Positions 10,842 to 21,048 are shown, numbered from the stretch's first letter. The stretch is 64,000 bases of DNA from Planctomycetota bacterium (GCA_038227875.1 JBBRPR010000023.1:1-64000); one strand, 5' to 3'. Notes: generated by a model not told the origin, from the sequence alone. Numbers and translations: made by a program.

Positions 10842-11750
10842 TCAGCGCGACAGTGTCAGCAGATTTTCCAGAACACCGATGCGGTGCCCGAAGATGACGG
10901 TGGCGCGCACGCCCATGCCCAACAGCTGCGGGCTGACGAGTCCCGGTGTCTGCGGCAGGCGCACCAGCACCCGGTATTCGTTGGAGCGCACGCGCGGGCC
11001 GGCGACCGCGAAGTCGAGTTGCTCGTCGTACGATTCGGGGCTCAGCACGCTTTCGACCGTGCCTTCCAGCCACTGCGACTGTCCCAGAATTTTGACGGAG
11101 GCCTTGCCGCCGGGCTGAATGTACTGGACATCGTCGCGGTGCACGCTGCAGTCCACAAAGAAGCTGTCCGTGTCGAGGACCTGTACGAGCGGATCGTGCG
11201 CGGCCACCATTTTCCCGGGTTGAGTCAACGCGCGCCAGACGAGGCCTTCAATCGGCGTCGCCACTGCCACGTGCGGCTTGCTGACGGTTGCGGCACGCAG
11301 CAACTCGCTGCGCTTGCGCGCTTCGGCCAGCGTGGCGCCCAGATTGGCCTGTGCGATCAGGAAGTCCGCGCGCTTGTCCGCGTTCTCGGGCTGTTTGCGG
11401 GCCGTCTCGTTGGCGTTGTATTGGTCTTCCAGAGCTTTGATGCGGGTCGCGAAGGCGTTTAAGTCGTCGTCGAGTGCTTTGGCTGCGCGGCTATCGCTCA
11501 CGATGTCCAGCGTCACGATCGTCTGCCCTTTGGTGACAGTGATGCCGGACCGGCGCGGGCATTCCGCCACGGTTCCGGCCTCGGGAGCCCGGATCATCAG
11601 CGCGCGCGCCGTCACCACCGCGTCGGTGCTGGCAACCTCGTTCAAGCGCGGAACGATCACCCAGAGCGCAAACCCGATGAGCAGGATCGAGAAGACAATC
11701 TTAAACAACTTCCACACGGATCGCCCGGCGGACGTAGCACTTGAACTCAT
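10842..11750 (-). CDS. HlyD/membrane-fusion family protein
   Basis: N-terminal TM anchor, lipoyl-like IRAPEAGTV and VATPIEGLV halves around a coiled coil, then a beta-barrel. 19 bp upstream of the synthase. Confidence 0.8.
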   Translation of the reverse strand: MSSSATSAGRSVWKLFKIVFSILLIGFALWVIVPRLNEVASTDAVVTARALMIRAPEAGTVAECPRRSGITVTKGQTIVTLDIVSDSRAAKALDDDLNAFATRIKALEDQYNANETARKQPENADKRADFLIAQANLGATLAEARKRSELLRAATVSKPHVAVATPIEGLVWRALTQPGKMVAAHDPLVQVLDTDSFFVDCSVHRDDVQYIQPGGKASVKILGQSQWLEGTVESVLSPESYDEQLDFAVAGPRVRSNEYRVLVRLPQTPGLVSPQLLGMGVRATVIFGHRIGVLENLLTLSR

Positions 11751-12022
11751 TGAAGAAACCCTGCGTGCCTGGTTTTGTGCCGGGCAACTGGCGCGGAAAA
11801 AAACATCGAATTCAACACGTCATGCGGCGAGCGTTAAGATCGCATTTTTTATCACACGCAGAGCAGATGTCAAAATCGTCCAGAACGGAAGAGTGCTGAT
11901 GATTGACGATGAGACCGGCAATCTTAAGTGCTGACTGCTCAGCAAAGTCGTCTATATTCTCATTTTGGTGCGCGCTAAAGTAGCGTGCATGGTCCATCAA
12001 CGGAACCGTCACGGGGGATATC

Positions 12023-12586
12023 ATGGAACTAAACGCTGAGATTTCGCGGCTGGAGAAAGAGATCGACGCCAGGAAGAAGGAACTCGCCGAACTGCGGCGC
12101 AAGGTTCCGCCTCAGGACGTGACGGATTATACGTTCGCCACGCCTGCCGGCGACGTGCGCTTGTCGGAGCTGTTTGCGGGGAAGCCGGACTTGCTGGTGG
12201 TTCACAACATGGGGCGCAAGTGTCCGTATTGCACGCTCTGGGCCGACGGCTTCAATGGCGTGTTGCCGCATCTGGAAAATCGGACGGCCTTCGTGGTCTC
12301 GTCGCCGGACGCGCCGGCGGTGCAGACGGAATTCGCGGCCGGCCGTGGCTGGAAATTCCGCATGGTCAGCGTGCAGGCGTCGGCGTTTGCCAAAGAGATG
12401 GGCTTTCAGTCGGAGAGGGGCGGTTATCTGCCGGGCGTGTCTTCGTTCCGCAAAACGGCCGACGGAAAAGTGCAGCGGATCGCACACACGTATTTTGGAC
12501 CCGGTGACGACTTCTGTTCGGTCTGGCACTTCTTCGATCTGCTGGCGGAGGGCGTGAATGAATGGGAGGCGCAGTTCAAGTATTGA
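12023..12586 (+). CDS. DUF899-like thioredoxin-fold protein
   Basis: LSELFAGK..LLVVHNMG..CPYCTLWADGF and GPGDDFC motifs. Confidence 0.8.
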   Translation: MELNAEISRLEKEIDARKKELAELRRKVPPQDVTDYTFATPAGDVRLSELFAGKPDLLVVHNMGRKCPYCTLWADGFNGVLPHLENRTAFVVSSPDAPAVQTEFAAGRGWKFRMVSVQASAFAKEMGFQSERGGYLPGVSSFRKTADGKVQRIAHTYFGPGDDFCSVWHFFDLLAEGVNEWEAQFKY

Positions 12587-12864
12587 TGCCCACGATCCGG
12601 AGCCTGCTCAAGCGAAATCGATGCGTTGTGATTGGAATTCAAGTCGATCGACTTGGGTACCGGCAGAAATTATTTAGTGACATCTCCTTGGTAAAGACGC
12701 CACGCCGAGTGCGGTTTCAATAGGTAGAGTGGCACCCGCACGAAGGCCATCGTCGACTATTGCACCTGGTGCGCAATACTCGTAGCCTCAGCTACGATTA
12801 TTTCCATTTTCCTGCATAAGCGTCCTTCCCAGTGCGGAGATTTAAGTGTCAGGAGGCACGGAGC

Positions 12865-14649
12865 GTGAGCATTTACGGCCGCAGCGATAGTGATTTGCTC
12901 GTTGAGTTCTCTGCAGAAGGGAACAGCGCGGCATTCGAAGAATTGGTGCTGCGGCATGGAAAGCTGGTCACGGGAACTTGTCGCCGTGTGCTGGGCGATG
13001 CCGATCTGGCGGAAGATGCAGCACAAGCGGTCTTTCTCACGCTTGCTCACAAAGCGTCGGCGTTGCAGGGTCGCGCTTCGATTGCCGGCTGGTTGCATCA
13101 CGTCGCGCTGAACATTTCGTTGCGGGCGAGGCAAGCGGAGTCGCGGCGCAAAAATCATGAACGGGAGGCCGGCGAAATGACGCGGTTGAAACCCGATACC
13201 AACGAATTGCGCAGCGCCGCAATGAAGGTGCTCGACGGCGAATTGGACGCGCTGCCTGAAAATTACCGGATGGCGCTGATGTTGCATCACCTGGAAGGGA
13301 ACACCGTGGAGCAGGCAGCGGAACGGATGAACTGTCCTACGGGAACTGTCGCGGCGTGGCTGAGCCGCGGACGGGAAATGTTGCGTGAGCGGCTGGAGCG
13401 CAAGGGCGCGGCGCTCTCGCTGGGGTTGCTGGGCGCATTGCTGGATGAGGAATTTGCGCGCAGCGAATTGACGGAAAAGTGTGTGAGATTGACGACGCGT
13501 GCCGCGGCACTTGCCGCGGCCGGACATGCGGCCGGCGAATCGGTTTCGCCACAGGCCGCCCAGATGACTCAAGGAGCTTTGAGATCCATGTTGATTGAAA
13601 AACTAAAGTTGGCGTCCGTATCTGCAATCGCCTTGGTCCTGGCGGGAACGTGCGGATTTCTTGCCGTTCGTGCCAGTGAGTCCGGGTCCAGCCCGGTTCC
13701 GACCCAGGCTATTGTATCGAATTCCGCGGCGTCTGCGGTGTCGGTTGACCCGCGGGCTCGGCTGGCGGCCTGCGTCGAAGCGCTCGCGTCGGCGACCGCT
13801 GCCGAGCGCATTGCGGCTGAACGGGAGTTGCGAACGGCCGGAGAGAGCGCGCGTCCGGTGCTCGCGTCCGCCGCGGCCAGCCCCGTACCGGCTGTCCGCG
13901 CCCGCGCTTCGCGTTTGATCAGCCGGCTCGACGCCGAGCCGCTGCTGCAGAGGATGGACGCGGCGATCGCGGGAATCAAAACCGTCGATCTGGATTTCGC
14001 TTCCAGCCACTCGGGCCGGCAGCTGAGTGGACATTGGACCGGCAACTTTCAGGATCTGAGCCGTTATCGCATTCAAATGAATCGCAACAAGACCACCGAT
14101 ATCGGCAAGATGGAATGGCTCATTTTTGATGGAGCGACAGAATGGAGTTCCATCCTCGACGAGGACGCGCCGTATCTCGAGAAAGTCAGCATCCAGACGA
14201 CGGCCAGGACCTGGGTCTGGCCGCTGATCAGTGCGCGATTCATGGAGAATCTGCGCGCGAACTACGACGCGACCAGCATCGCGGAGAGCCTTTGGAATAA
14301 CACGCCGGCAGTGACGCTGACGTTCACCCGGATTGAAACAGATGCCGTTCAGCAACTGGAGCTCTATCACGATTTCTTTCTGACCGCGCAGATCCAGATT
14401 CAAGTGCCCAAGGACGATATGATTCCGCGCGAATGGCAGTTCAGCGACGACCAGAATGCCATCGTCCGAAGCCGCAGCGTCTCGAAGCTGAAAGTCAATC
14501 CGGTGCTTGAGGACGCCGCATTCAAATTCGTGCCATCGGAGGACGAGGATGTCCTGGATCTGGGAATTCGTACCGATGAGGGATTGATGGCCGCCCCCGG
14601 CGAGAAAAACTTCCATGCGACACCGGTACCCAATCCAGATGATTTCTAA
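12865..14649 (+). CDS. ECF sigma-70 factor with TM and long C-terminal extension (HEAT-like plus LolA-like)
   Basis: AFEELVLRHG, AEDAAQAVF, LDALPENYR, GTVAAWLSRGR, then a TM segment. GTG at 12865 follows AGGAGG. Confidence 0.85.
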   Translation: MSIYGRSDSDLLVEFSAEGNSAAFEELVLRHGKLVTGTCRRVLGDADLAEDAAQAVFLTLAHKASALQGRASIAGWLHHVALNISLRARQAESRRKNHEREAGEMTRLKPDTNELRSAAMKVLDGELDALPENYRMALMLHHLEGNTVEQAAERMNCPTGTVAAWLSRGREMLRERLERKGAALSLGLLGALLDEEFARSELTEKCVRLTTRAAALAAAGHAAGESVSPQAAQMTQGALRSMLIEKLKLASVSAIALVLAGTCGFLAVRASESGSSPVPTQAIVSNSAASAVSVDPRARLAACVEALASATAAERIAAERELRTAGESARPVLASAAASPVPAVRARASRLISRLDAEPLLQRMDAAIAGIKTVDLDFASSHSGRQLSGHWTGNFQDLSRYRIQMNRNKTTDIGKMEWLIFDGATEWSSILDEDAPYLEKVSIQTTARTWVWPLISARFMENLRANYDATSIAESLWNNTPAVTLTFTRIETDAVQQLELYHDFFLTAQIQIQVPKDDMIPREWQFSDDQNAIVRSRSVSKLKVNPVLEDAAFKFVPSEDEDVLDLGIRTDEGLMAAPGEKNFHATPVPNPDDF

Positions 14650-14809
14650 AAGAGAGCGGCTGGAATCGAGCGAACTTCTCGACGTCATCCGCCGCGCTTT
14701 GGCGGGCTGCAGGAATCTCCGTCATGCCAGTCGGCGGGGATGCGAAGGTGTTCGAACGTCTTCGGTTTGCGTTGAATGATGCCGATGGCGAGATCGCCGA
14801 ACTTTTCGA

Positions 14810-14970
14810 GACAACCTGCTGGTGGTGATGTACCGCGCGACGCCCGAGAAGTACGAGGAGATGGGCCGCTTCAACCGCACGGGGGTTGCGGCACATCTCC
14901 GACGGTGGTGGGCGGCCAGTTGTTCATGCGACTGAAGGACGGCGTGGCGTGTGATGATTTGGCGCAGTGA
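14810..14970 (+). pseudogene. Frameshifted 3' remnant of a PQQ-like beta-propeller gene
   Basis: One frame reads LLVVMYRATPEKYEEMGRFN. The adjacent frame continues GTSPTVVGGQLFMRLKDGVACDDLAQ*, resembling C-termini of planctomycete PQQ-repeat proteins. No upstream body. Confidence 0.5.
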
Positions 14971-14998
14971 GACGGCGACCCGGTAGTATTCGCGCGAG

Positions 14999-17188
14999 TT
15001 ACAGCGCGTCCTTGATCGCGTCGGCTTCGGTCTTCTTTTCGTCGGGCTTCTTTTTGCCGTTGGCCTTGGGCGGGGCGACGGGGGCTTCCGGCTGCGGCGT
15101 GTCGGGCTGCTTCGGCGCATCCTTCGGCGCGTTGCGCGGAGCGGGGGGCACGGGCGGCGGGGTTTTATCCGCGGGGTTGTCGTGGATCTCCAGCTTCGCG
15201 ATGAACGCGGTCAGTTTCTGACCGGCCTTGCCCGCCCAGATTGAAATGAACTGCGGTCCGGTTTCGCTCTGGTTGGACGGCAGGACGATCGGTGCGGATT
15301 TCAGCTGTACCTTCACTTCGGTCCACGCGGTTTTGAATTTCGGATCGTTGAGCTTCCAGCGTGATTCAGCGCGCTTGGGGAATGTGTCCTGCTTGTTGTC
15401 CCAGCGCACTTCGATGTCGGGCGACAAGTCCGAAGCGCCATCGGAGAGCAGGAAGACCAGGAATGTGCAAGTGGCGTTGGGCGAGACGACCAGGTCCGAC
15501 GGCAATACCAGGCGCGCATTGAGCGCGAAATCGCCGTCGCGCACCGGAGCCAGGCGCAGCGCTTCGCGTTCGGGGACGACTTCCGGCAGCGGGCCGATGT
15601 TGGCGACAGGTTCGACGTCGAAATTCTGTGATGGATGTTTGAAGTCGGCGATGAACGATTTGCCGCCGCCCGGATCGGGATGGAGCGCCGCGGGTTGTCC
15701 GACGGGAGCGGTTGGCACGGCGGGCGTCTGCGTCGCAGTCCCAGTGCCGGTGGTCTTGTTGGTGGTGGTAACGACCGCCCGCTTGACGGGATCCTGCTTG
15801 AACGGATTCCAATAATAGAGCACGGCCAGCGACGCGACGATGATCAGCACCGCGATCAGCAGGCTGGCGTAGTCGTTGCCCTGGCGGCGGCGGCGCACGC
15901 GCGTGGCGGAGTGCGGGCCAGTCGAGGCGTGGCGCGTCTGCTCCTGCGGACGGTCGTCTGAATCATCCTCGTCCTCGTCGACTTCGTTGTTGCCTTCTTC
16001 GGCGCGGCCGACCTGCCGTGATGACGCAGGCGTGGCGGGTCGTTCCTTGGGCTTGCGGGCAACGGGTGTGTCGCCGGCGACGCTGGCGAGATTGGAAAGA
16101 TGCTCGTCATCGTAGTCGCCGTCGCGCTGCACCGCTTCGATCGCGTCGGCGAAGTCGAGCATCGAGGTGAAGCGCGCGGTCGGGTCTTTCTGCATTGCAC
16201 GCATGACCAGTTTGTCGGCGCCGACGGAGAGCTTGGCGTTGATTTTCTTCGGGCTGGGCACCGGATCGGTGAGATGCCGGGTCATGATCACGGCGGCGGT
16301 CTGGCCGTCGTAGGGCACTTCGCCGGTGAGCAGATGGTAGAGCGACGCGCCGAGCGAGTAGACGTCCGTCGCGGCGGTCAGATCCGAGACGCCGCGGGCC
16401 TGCTCAGGCGAAATATAAAACGGCGTGCCGACGGCTTGTCCTGCCTGCGTCAGCGCGGCGTCGTCTTCCTTGCTTTCGGCGGACCGGACGAGGCCCAGGT
16501 CGGCGAGCTTGGCGACCTTGTGTTCCTTGTCGAGGAGAATGTTGTCGGGCTTGACGTCGCGATGCAGCAGGTGATTTTCGTGCGCGTGCTGCAGCGCCAT
16601 GGCCGTCTGGTGGATGAAGTTGAGCGTGACTTTTTCCGAAAGCTTGCCGCCCTTGTGGTGCATGTACTCGCCGAGGGTTTCGCCTTCGACGTATTCCATC
16701 GCGAAGTAGCAGTAGCCGTCGGCAGAACCGACGTCGATGCCGGCGACGATGTGCGGGTGGTTGAGCTTGGCCACGGCGCGGGCTTCGCGGACGAAGCGGC
16801 GCAGGAAGTCCTTGTTCTTGGCCATCTTCGGCGAGAGGATTTTCAGCGCGATCACGCGGTCCATGTAGACCTGGCGCGCCTTGAAGACCGAGCCCATGCC
16901 GCCTTCGCCGAGCTTCGAGATCAGTTCGTACTGGCCGATGCGTTTGCGGTTGACCGTCTGGCCTTTGAGGACCTGCTGGAACTGGTCCTGGGTCAGGTAG
17001 CCTTTCTGGATCAGGATTTCGCCGAGTCGTTTGCGCAGTCCGGCCTTGGCGGCGGCGCTCTGCGCCTTGATCGCTTCATCCAGCTGGTTCTGGGAAATGA
17101 AACCCATGCGAATGGCGATCTTGCCAAAGCTCGCCATATCCGCGGTGGGCGGGGAGGATGAATTTGGATTCTTTGTAGGCTGTGCCAT
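14999..17188 (-). CDS. Membrane Ser/Thr protein kinase with N-terminal MshEN-like repeats and extracytoplasmic domain
   Basis: LGEGGMGSV, IALK, HRDVKPDN, DLG, GTPFYISPEQ. N-terminal RLGEILIQKGYLTQDQFQQVLKGQ. TM LLIAVLIIVASLAVLYYW. Confidence 0.92.
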   Translation of the reverse strand: MAQPTKNPNSSSPPTADMASFGKIAIRMGFISQNQLDEAIKAQSAAAKAGLRKRLGEILIQKGYLTQDQFQQVLKGQTVNRKRIGQYELISKLGEGGMGSVFKARQVYMDRVIALKILSPKMAKNKDFLRRFVREARAVAKLNHPHIVAGIDVGSADGYCYFAMEYVEGETLGEYMHHKGGKLSEKVTLNFIHQTAMALQHAHENHLLHRDVKPDNILLDKEHKVAKLADLGLVRSAESKEDDAALTQAGQAVGTPFYISPEQARGVSDLTAATDVYSLGASLYHLLTGEVPYDGQTAAVIMTRHLTDPVPSPKKINAKLSVGADKLVMRAMQKDPTARFTSMLDFADAIEAVQRDGDYDDEHLSNLASVAGDTPVARKPKERPATPASSRQVGRAEEGNNEVDEDEDDSDDRPQEQTRHASTGPHSATRVRRRRQGNDYASLLIAVLIIVASLAVLYYWNPFKQDPVKRAVVTTTNKTTGTGTATQTPAVPTAPVGQPAALHPDPGGGKSFIADFKHPSQNFDVEPVANIGPLPEVVPEREALRLAPVRDGDFALNARLVLPSDLVVSPNATCTFLVFLLSDGASDLSPDIEVRWDNKQDTFPKRAESRWKLNDPKFKTAWTEVKVQLKSAPIVLPSNQSETGPQFISIWAGKAGQKLTAFIAKLEIHDNPADKTPPPVPPAPRNAPKDAPKQPDTPQPEAPVAPPKANGKKKPDEKKTEADAIKDAL

Positions 17189-17274
17189 GGAATCCCTGCA
17201 CCCGCTCACTCACCAGGACGCTGCTTGAAACCGCTTTGCTCTGACTTCCAATCGGCCGGACGCCGTGCTGGAGT

Positions 17275-18213
17275 TCAGTCCGTGTTGATCTTGCATGTGG
17301 CACACGTCGGCAGATGGGTGAAGTCTTTCGCGAGGTATTCCTTGCGGAGTTGCGTCGCCCAGGGGCCGTTCCAGATTTCGTACACCGACTGCTCGTGAAC
17401 ATTGCCGAGCTTCACTTCGCGCTTGTAATCGACACAGCAGATCACCGACTGGCCTTCCCACGTCAGCACCATCGTGTGGAACGGACGCCGGCAGGTGGTG
17501 TTGGGCTTCATTTCCTCCTCGCCCATCGACTTCATATCCAGCTGATCGCCGCGGTTATCCATATCGATCACGTGCATCTCGAAGCCTTCGGCTTCCCAGC
17601 GCTTGGTCATCGCGGGAATTTCCGGGGCGACGAGCTTGGTCTTGACGGTGTTCACGCGCACCCGCAGCGTCTGCTTGATCGCCGGATGATCGCGCAGCCA
17701 CTGGCAGAAGTACTCGAGATGTTTGAAGACCTTCTCGAACGGCAACACCATGATCTTTTCGTAAACTTCCTTCGATTCGCCGTTGATCGACAAAAACAGC
17801 TCGTCGATCAGACCCGAACCGATCAGCTCTTCGACCTTCTCGGGCGTGAGCAGCGAAGCGTTGGTGGTGAGGTTGCGGACGGATTCCGGACAATACTTCT
17901 TAAGCATCGCGTATTTTTCCGCGATGGAGCTGTCCATGAGCGGTTCGTTGTCGAGGCACAGAATGAAGCGCTCGACGCCGCGTCCGGCGCATTCCTTAGC
18001 GATCTTTTCGAACGTCGCGGTGCTCATCCGGCCCCGCGGCAGATCGTCTTTGAGCTGGGGGTACTGGCAGAAGACGCAGCCGGCGTTGCAGCCGAATTGC
18101 GTCTCAATCAGGATGGTCTTGGGGAAGTCCGCGACGGGTTTGCGGAAAAGCCGATTCCGGACTTTCTCCACAACGTTCGATTCTTCGCCTGGGTAGTAAT
18201 ACCACCGCGCCAC
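17275..18213 (-). CDS. Radical SAM/SPASM (twitch) domain protein
   Basis: CNAGCVFC motif and C-terminal CRRPF...CCVD...LGN...CATC. GTG start after GGAGG. Confidence 0.9.
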   Translation of the reverse strand: MARWYYYPGEESNVVEKVRNRLFRKPVADFPKTILIETQFGCNAGCVFCQYPQLKDDLPRGRMSTATFEKIAKECAGRGVERFILCLDNEPLMDSSIAEKYAMLKKYCPESVRNLTTNASLLTPEKVEELIGSGLIDELFLSINGESKEVYEKIMVLPFEKVFKHLEYFCQWLRDHPAIKQTLRVRVNTVKTKLVAPEIPAMTKRWEAEGFEMHVIDMDNRGDQLDMKSMGEEEMKPNTTCRRPFHTMVLTWEGQSVICCVDYKREVKLGNVHEQSVYEIWNGPWATQLRKEYLAKDFTHLPTCATCKINTD

Positions 18214-18439
18214 GCGTGATTGCCTCCAGCAGCCGGACAAAAAATCTGTTCCGCTAACGAGCGGTCTACAGAGTTAAACCGGCTGCAACCAACGAAGTGC
18301 CTTACAATCTATCGCAACCCCTGCCTCAGGCAAGGGATTTGAAAGCACTTTGTGTGGAGGGTTTATATACGCAAACGCCCCATTGTCACGAACGCTTTTG
18401 CGCTTCTTGCACGGCGGTACTAAAGGTGCGAAATGCCAC

Positions 18440-19309
18440 TCACAGGCGTTTCTTGGCGGCCTCGAAGCATTCCTTCGCGAGGTGCGTGTACAACAGCGCC
18501 TGCTGCCAGCGATCGCCTTCTTCCTTGAGCTCGCCCTGTTGATTCTTGATCAACCGCGCGTAGTAGATGTTCGACGCCAGCAGCTCCGGGGCAAAGCAGA
18601 TGTAGTCGCCGGGTTTGGCGCTCTTTAAGAATCCCGTGAAGGAACGCGTCCACATTTCCTTAAAATGGTCGACGTAGGTCAGATTTTTACCGTCGCCCAC
18701 ATCGACCTGCATTGATCCGGGGTTGCCGATGCGCCCATGAATGTAGCGCACGCGTTGGAACACCGGCTCGATCAGTTCGAATTTCTTCGGCAAATCGCCA
18801 TAGACCATTTCGTGGCCGGTGTACCAATGGGAGAAGTCGCCGTTGAAGCGGATCTCCGGGAGACGTTTCGCCAGCTGAATCGTGCGCCAGATGTCCGTGG
18901 TGAGCGTGGCGCGGTGGGTCTCGATGTAGATGGGAAACTGGCGGCGTTCCGAGGCGCGGATGATGTCCTCGGCGACAGCGAACATCTCGGCGTCGTCTTC
19001 GAAGCCCGAACCGACGTGCAGCGTGACGCAGGCGTAGCCTTCGTCTTTCAGTTTGGCGGCGATGCCGTCGGCTTCGCCGGGCTTGTTGACGCGTCCGCCG
19101 GCGGTGGCGCCGAGCCCGAATTCCGCGCAGAGCTTGGGGGCGACGCCTTGGATTCCCATGAAGCCGGCGGCCTTCGCCGCGGCCACGAGGACCCGTTCAT
19201 CACCGTGCGGACCGGAGGATTCTGGCGGCAAACCGAAGAGATTCCCGGCGCTAAGGTCGCAGCGAAGGTACGGTGCCTGGGAGGTGCCGTCGTTGGTATT
19301 CGGAATCAT
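18440..19309 (-). CDS. Xylose-isomerase-like TIM barrel (sugar phosphate isomerase/epimerase family)
   Basis: IETHR, FNGDFSHW, IHGRIG and FAPEL motifs. Confidence 0.8.
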   Translation of the reverse strand: MIPNTNDGTSQAPYLRCDLSAGNLFGLPPESSGPHGDERVLVAAAKAAGFMGIQGVAPKLCAEFGLGATAGGRVNKPGEADGIAAKLKDEGYACVTLHVGSGFEDDAEMFAVAEDIIRASERRQFPIYIETHRATLTTDIWRTIQLAKRLPEIRFNGDFSHWYTGHEMVYGDLPKKFELIEPVFQRVRYIHGRIGNPGSMQVDVGDGKNLTYVDHFKEMWTRSFTGFLKSAKPGDYICFAPELLASNIYYARLIKNQQGELKEEGDRWQQALLYTHLAKECFEAAKKRL

Positions 19310-19717
19310 GAGAACTCCTGTTTGAGCGAATTTTGTCGCGCCTACGAAAAAAAATATGAGCACGATTTTGGAGCCGATTTTGAAGGTAGAATGCCGCTTT
19401 CACTCCCGAATTGAAGTGCAAATTCAGACAGTCCAAAAGCGGAACACTTTTATGTTTAGAACTTGCTTTTCCAGCGAAAATTTCCGATACCATGAAACCT
19501 GTAAAATCCCATAACGAGCAACAGTGTTATAATGAGCGCCTAAATAACGGAGCCGGGATCGGCAAATTTCTTCAAAAAATTCAACAAAAATATGAAGATG
19601 CTCCACAACATTTTAATTGACTTGCCCTTGTGCTGAACGTATGACCCTAAAATCAAGAGAACCGCAGTAGGGACCAGGTGCTACTTTCCGAGTAGATCTC
19701 GGGGAAAAGAGCTGCGT

Positions 19718-20128
19718 ATGCCGAAGCCCACTCATTGCATCGTTGCCGGTTGCCCCAATGAGTCCCACGCCAAAGGCTATTGCCGGCGGCACTATGGTCA
19801 GATCTGGCGGCGCGGCATGATTTATAATGACGCCCCCAAGGATCAGACCAGCGCACCCGAAAGCGGGATGCGCCGCGACGACCGCCTCAAGGCGCTCGAA
19901 CGCGAACTGAAAAAAGCCCAGCAGATGTATGAAGTGGTCGTCGGTTTCCAGGGCCGCATCAAGTGGCGGCGCGAGATGGAAGCCGTCCAGCACGAAATCC
20001 GCAAGATCACCGAGCAGGAAGCGGAAGCCGAAAGCCAGATCAACGACGCCAACGAACAGAAGCACGCCAACGAATCCGGCGTCGCCGTGGGCGTGAAAGA
20101 AAACTCGCTCGACAACAACATCCTTTAA
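19718..20128 (+). CDS. Small Cys/His zinc-finger plus coiled-coil protein
   Basis: CIVAGC...HAKGYCRRHY followed by a charged coiled coil. Confidence 0.7.
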   Translation: MPKPTHCIVAGCPNESHAKGYCRRHYGQIWRRGMIYNDAPKDQTSAPESGMRRDDRLKALERELKKAQQMYEVVVGFQGRIKWRREMEAVQHEIRKITEQEAEAESQINDANEQKHANESGVAVGVKENSLDNNIL

Positions 20129-20137
20129 GTCTCCGAC

Positions 20138-20377
20138 GTGGCCAAATCAAAATCCGAACCTCAACCCTCCGGCGGCGCGCCCCTTAAAAAAGGGCGCTGC
20201 TCCCGGTGCGGAAAAGCGTTTCAATTCGAATCGATCAGCAAACACAAATCCTTCCCGTTCTGCAGCGACCGTTGCAAGGACGTCGACATGGGCAACTGGC
20301 TGATGGGCCGCTACGCCATCCCCGGCAAACCGAGTCCCGCCGAACAACTCGACGAAGAATCCCACGACGCGACGTGA
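20138..20377 (+). CDS. yacG: DNA gyrase inhibitor YacG
   Basis: CSRC...[23 protein letters not shown]. Confidence 0.88.
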   Translation: MAKSKSEPQPSGGAPLKKGRCSRCGKAFQFESISKHKSFPFCSDRCKDVDMGNWLMGRYAIPGKPSPAEQLDEESHDAT

Positions 20378-20544
20378 GTGCTTGGTCTTAGCCGAGCGCA
20401 ACTGAGAGGCGACTTCGGGATTCGTGATTCGGGAATCCCGCCGTCGCCACGCCACACGTGCGTTTTTCCTCAACGGAGAATTCTGGCCTCCGCGCATTCC
20501 TCTGATAATATCCACGCTTCGTTTTTGAGCCGGGGATTCTTTTC

Positions 20545-21018
20545 ATGCTGATCGAGCTTGCCAGCGACGTCGACTTTCGCGCCGAACACGAAGCCAATCA
20601 CGCCGCAGTGGTTTTTGGACTCGGCTACAGTTTGAAGTACCTGTCGATCATCAAACTCAACGCCGCTCAGAAAAAATCGTTCGGCGTCGGCAAAGGCGCC
20701 ACCGGTTCCTGCGAGGCCTCGATCCCCGAGAGCGACAAGATCGCGCAGATCAAGGTGCTGCTGGCCGGCGTCTACTTCAACATGGGCGACGACGACGACC
20801 GCGAAGAAGCCACGCGCCTGTTGATGGAAGTCTATCCCGAGGACGAGACCGCCCGCCGCCAGGCGCTGAGCAAACTCGGCGACGAGGTCCTGGATATGCT
20901 CGACAAGCCCGAGATGAAAGCCGGCATCGCCGCGCTGAAAAGCGCGCTGCTGGAAGAAGGATTTTTCGACGGCAAAAGCGCCGAGAAAATTTTCAAGGGC
21001 GCGGCAGTCGGCTCTTAG
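20545..21018 (+). CDS. Stand-alone M41 (FtsH protease domain)-like protein
   Basis: EHEANHA (HExxH), IKVLLAG and DDDREEAT, as in the FtsH protease domain. No AAA domain or TM. Confidence 0.6.
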   Translation: MLIELASDVDFRAEHEANHAAVVFGLGYSLKYLSIIKLNAAQKKSFGVGKGATGSCEASIPESDKIAQIKVLLAGVYFNMGDDDDREEATRLLMEVYPEDETARRQALSKLGDEVLDMLDKPEMKAGIAALKSALLEEGFFDGKSAEKIFKGAAVGS

Positions 21019-21048
21019 TTTTTCGGAATCCTGGAGCCAAGAGCCGCC

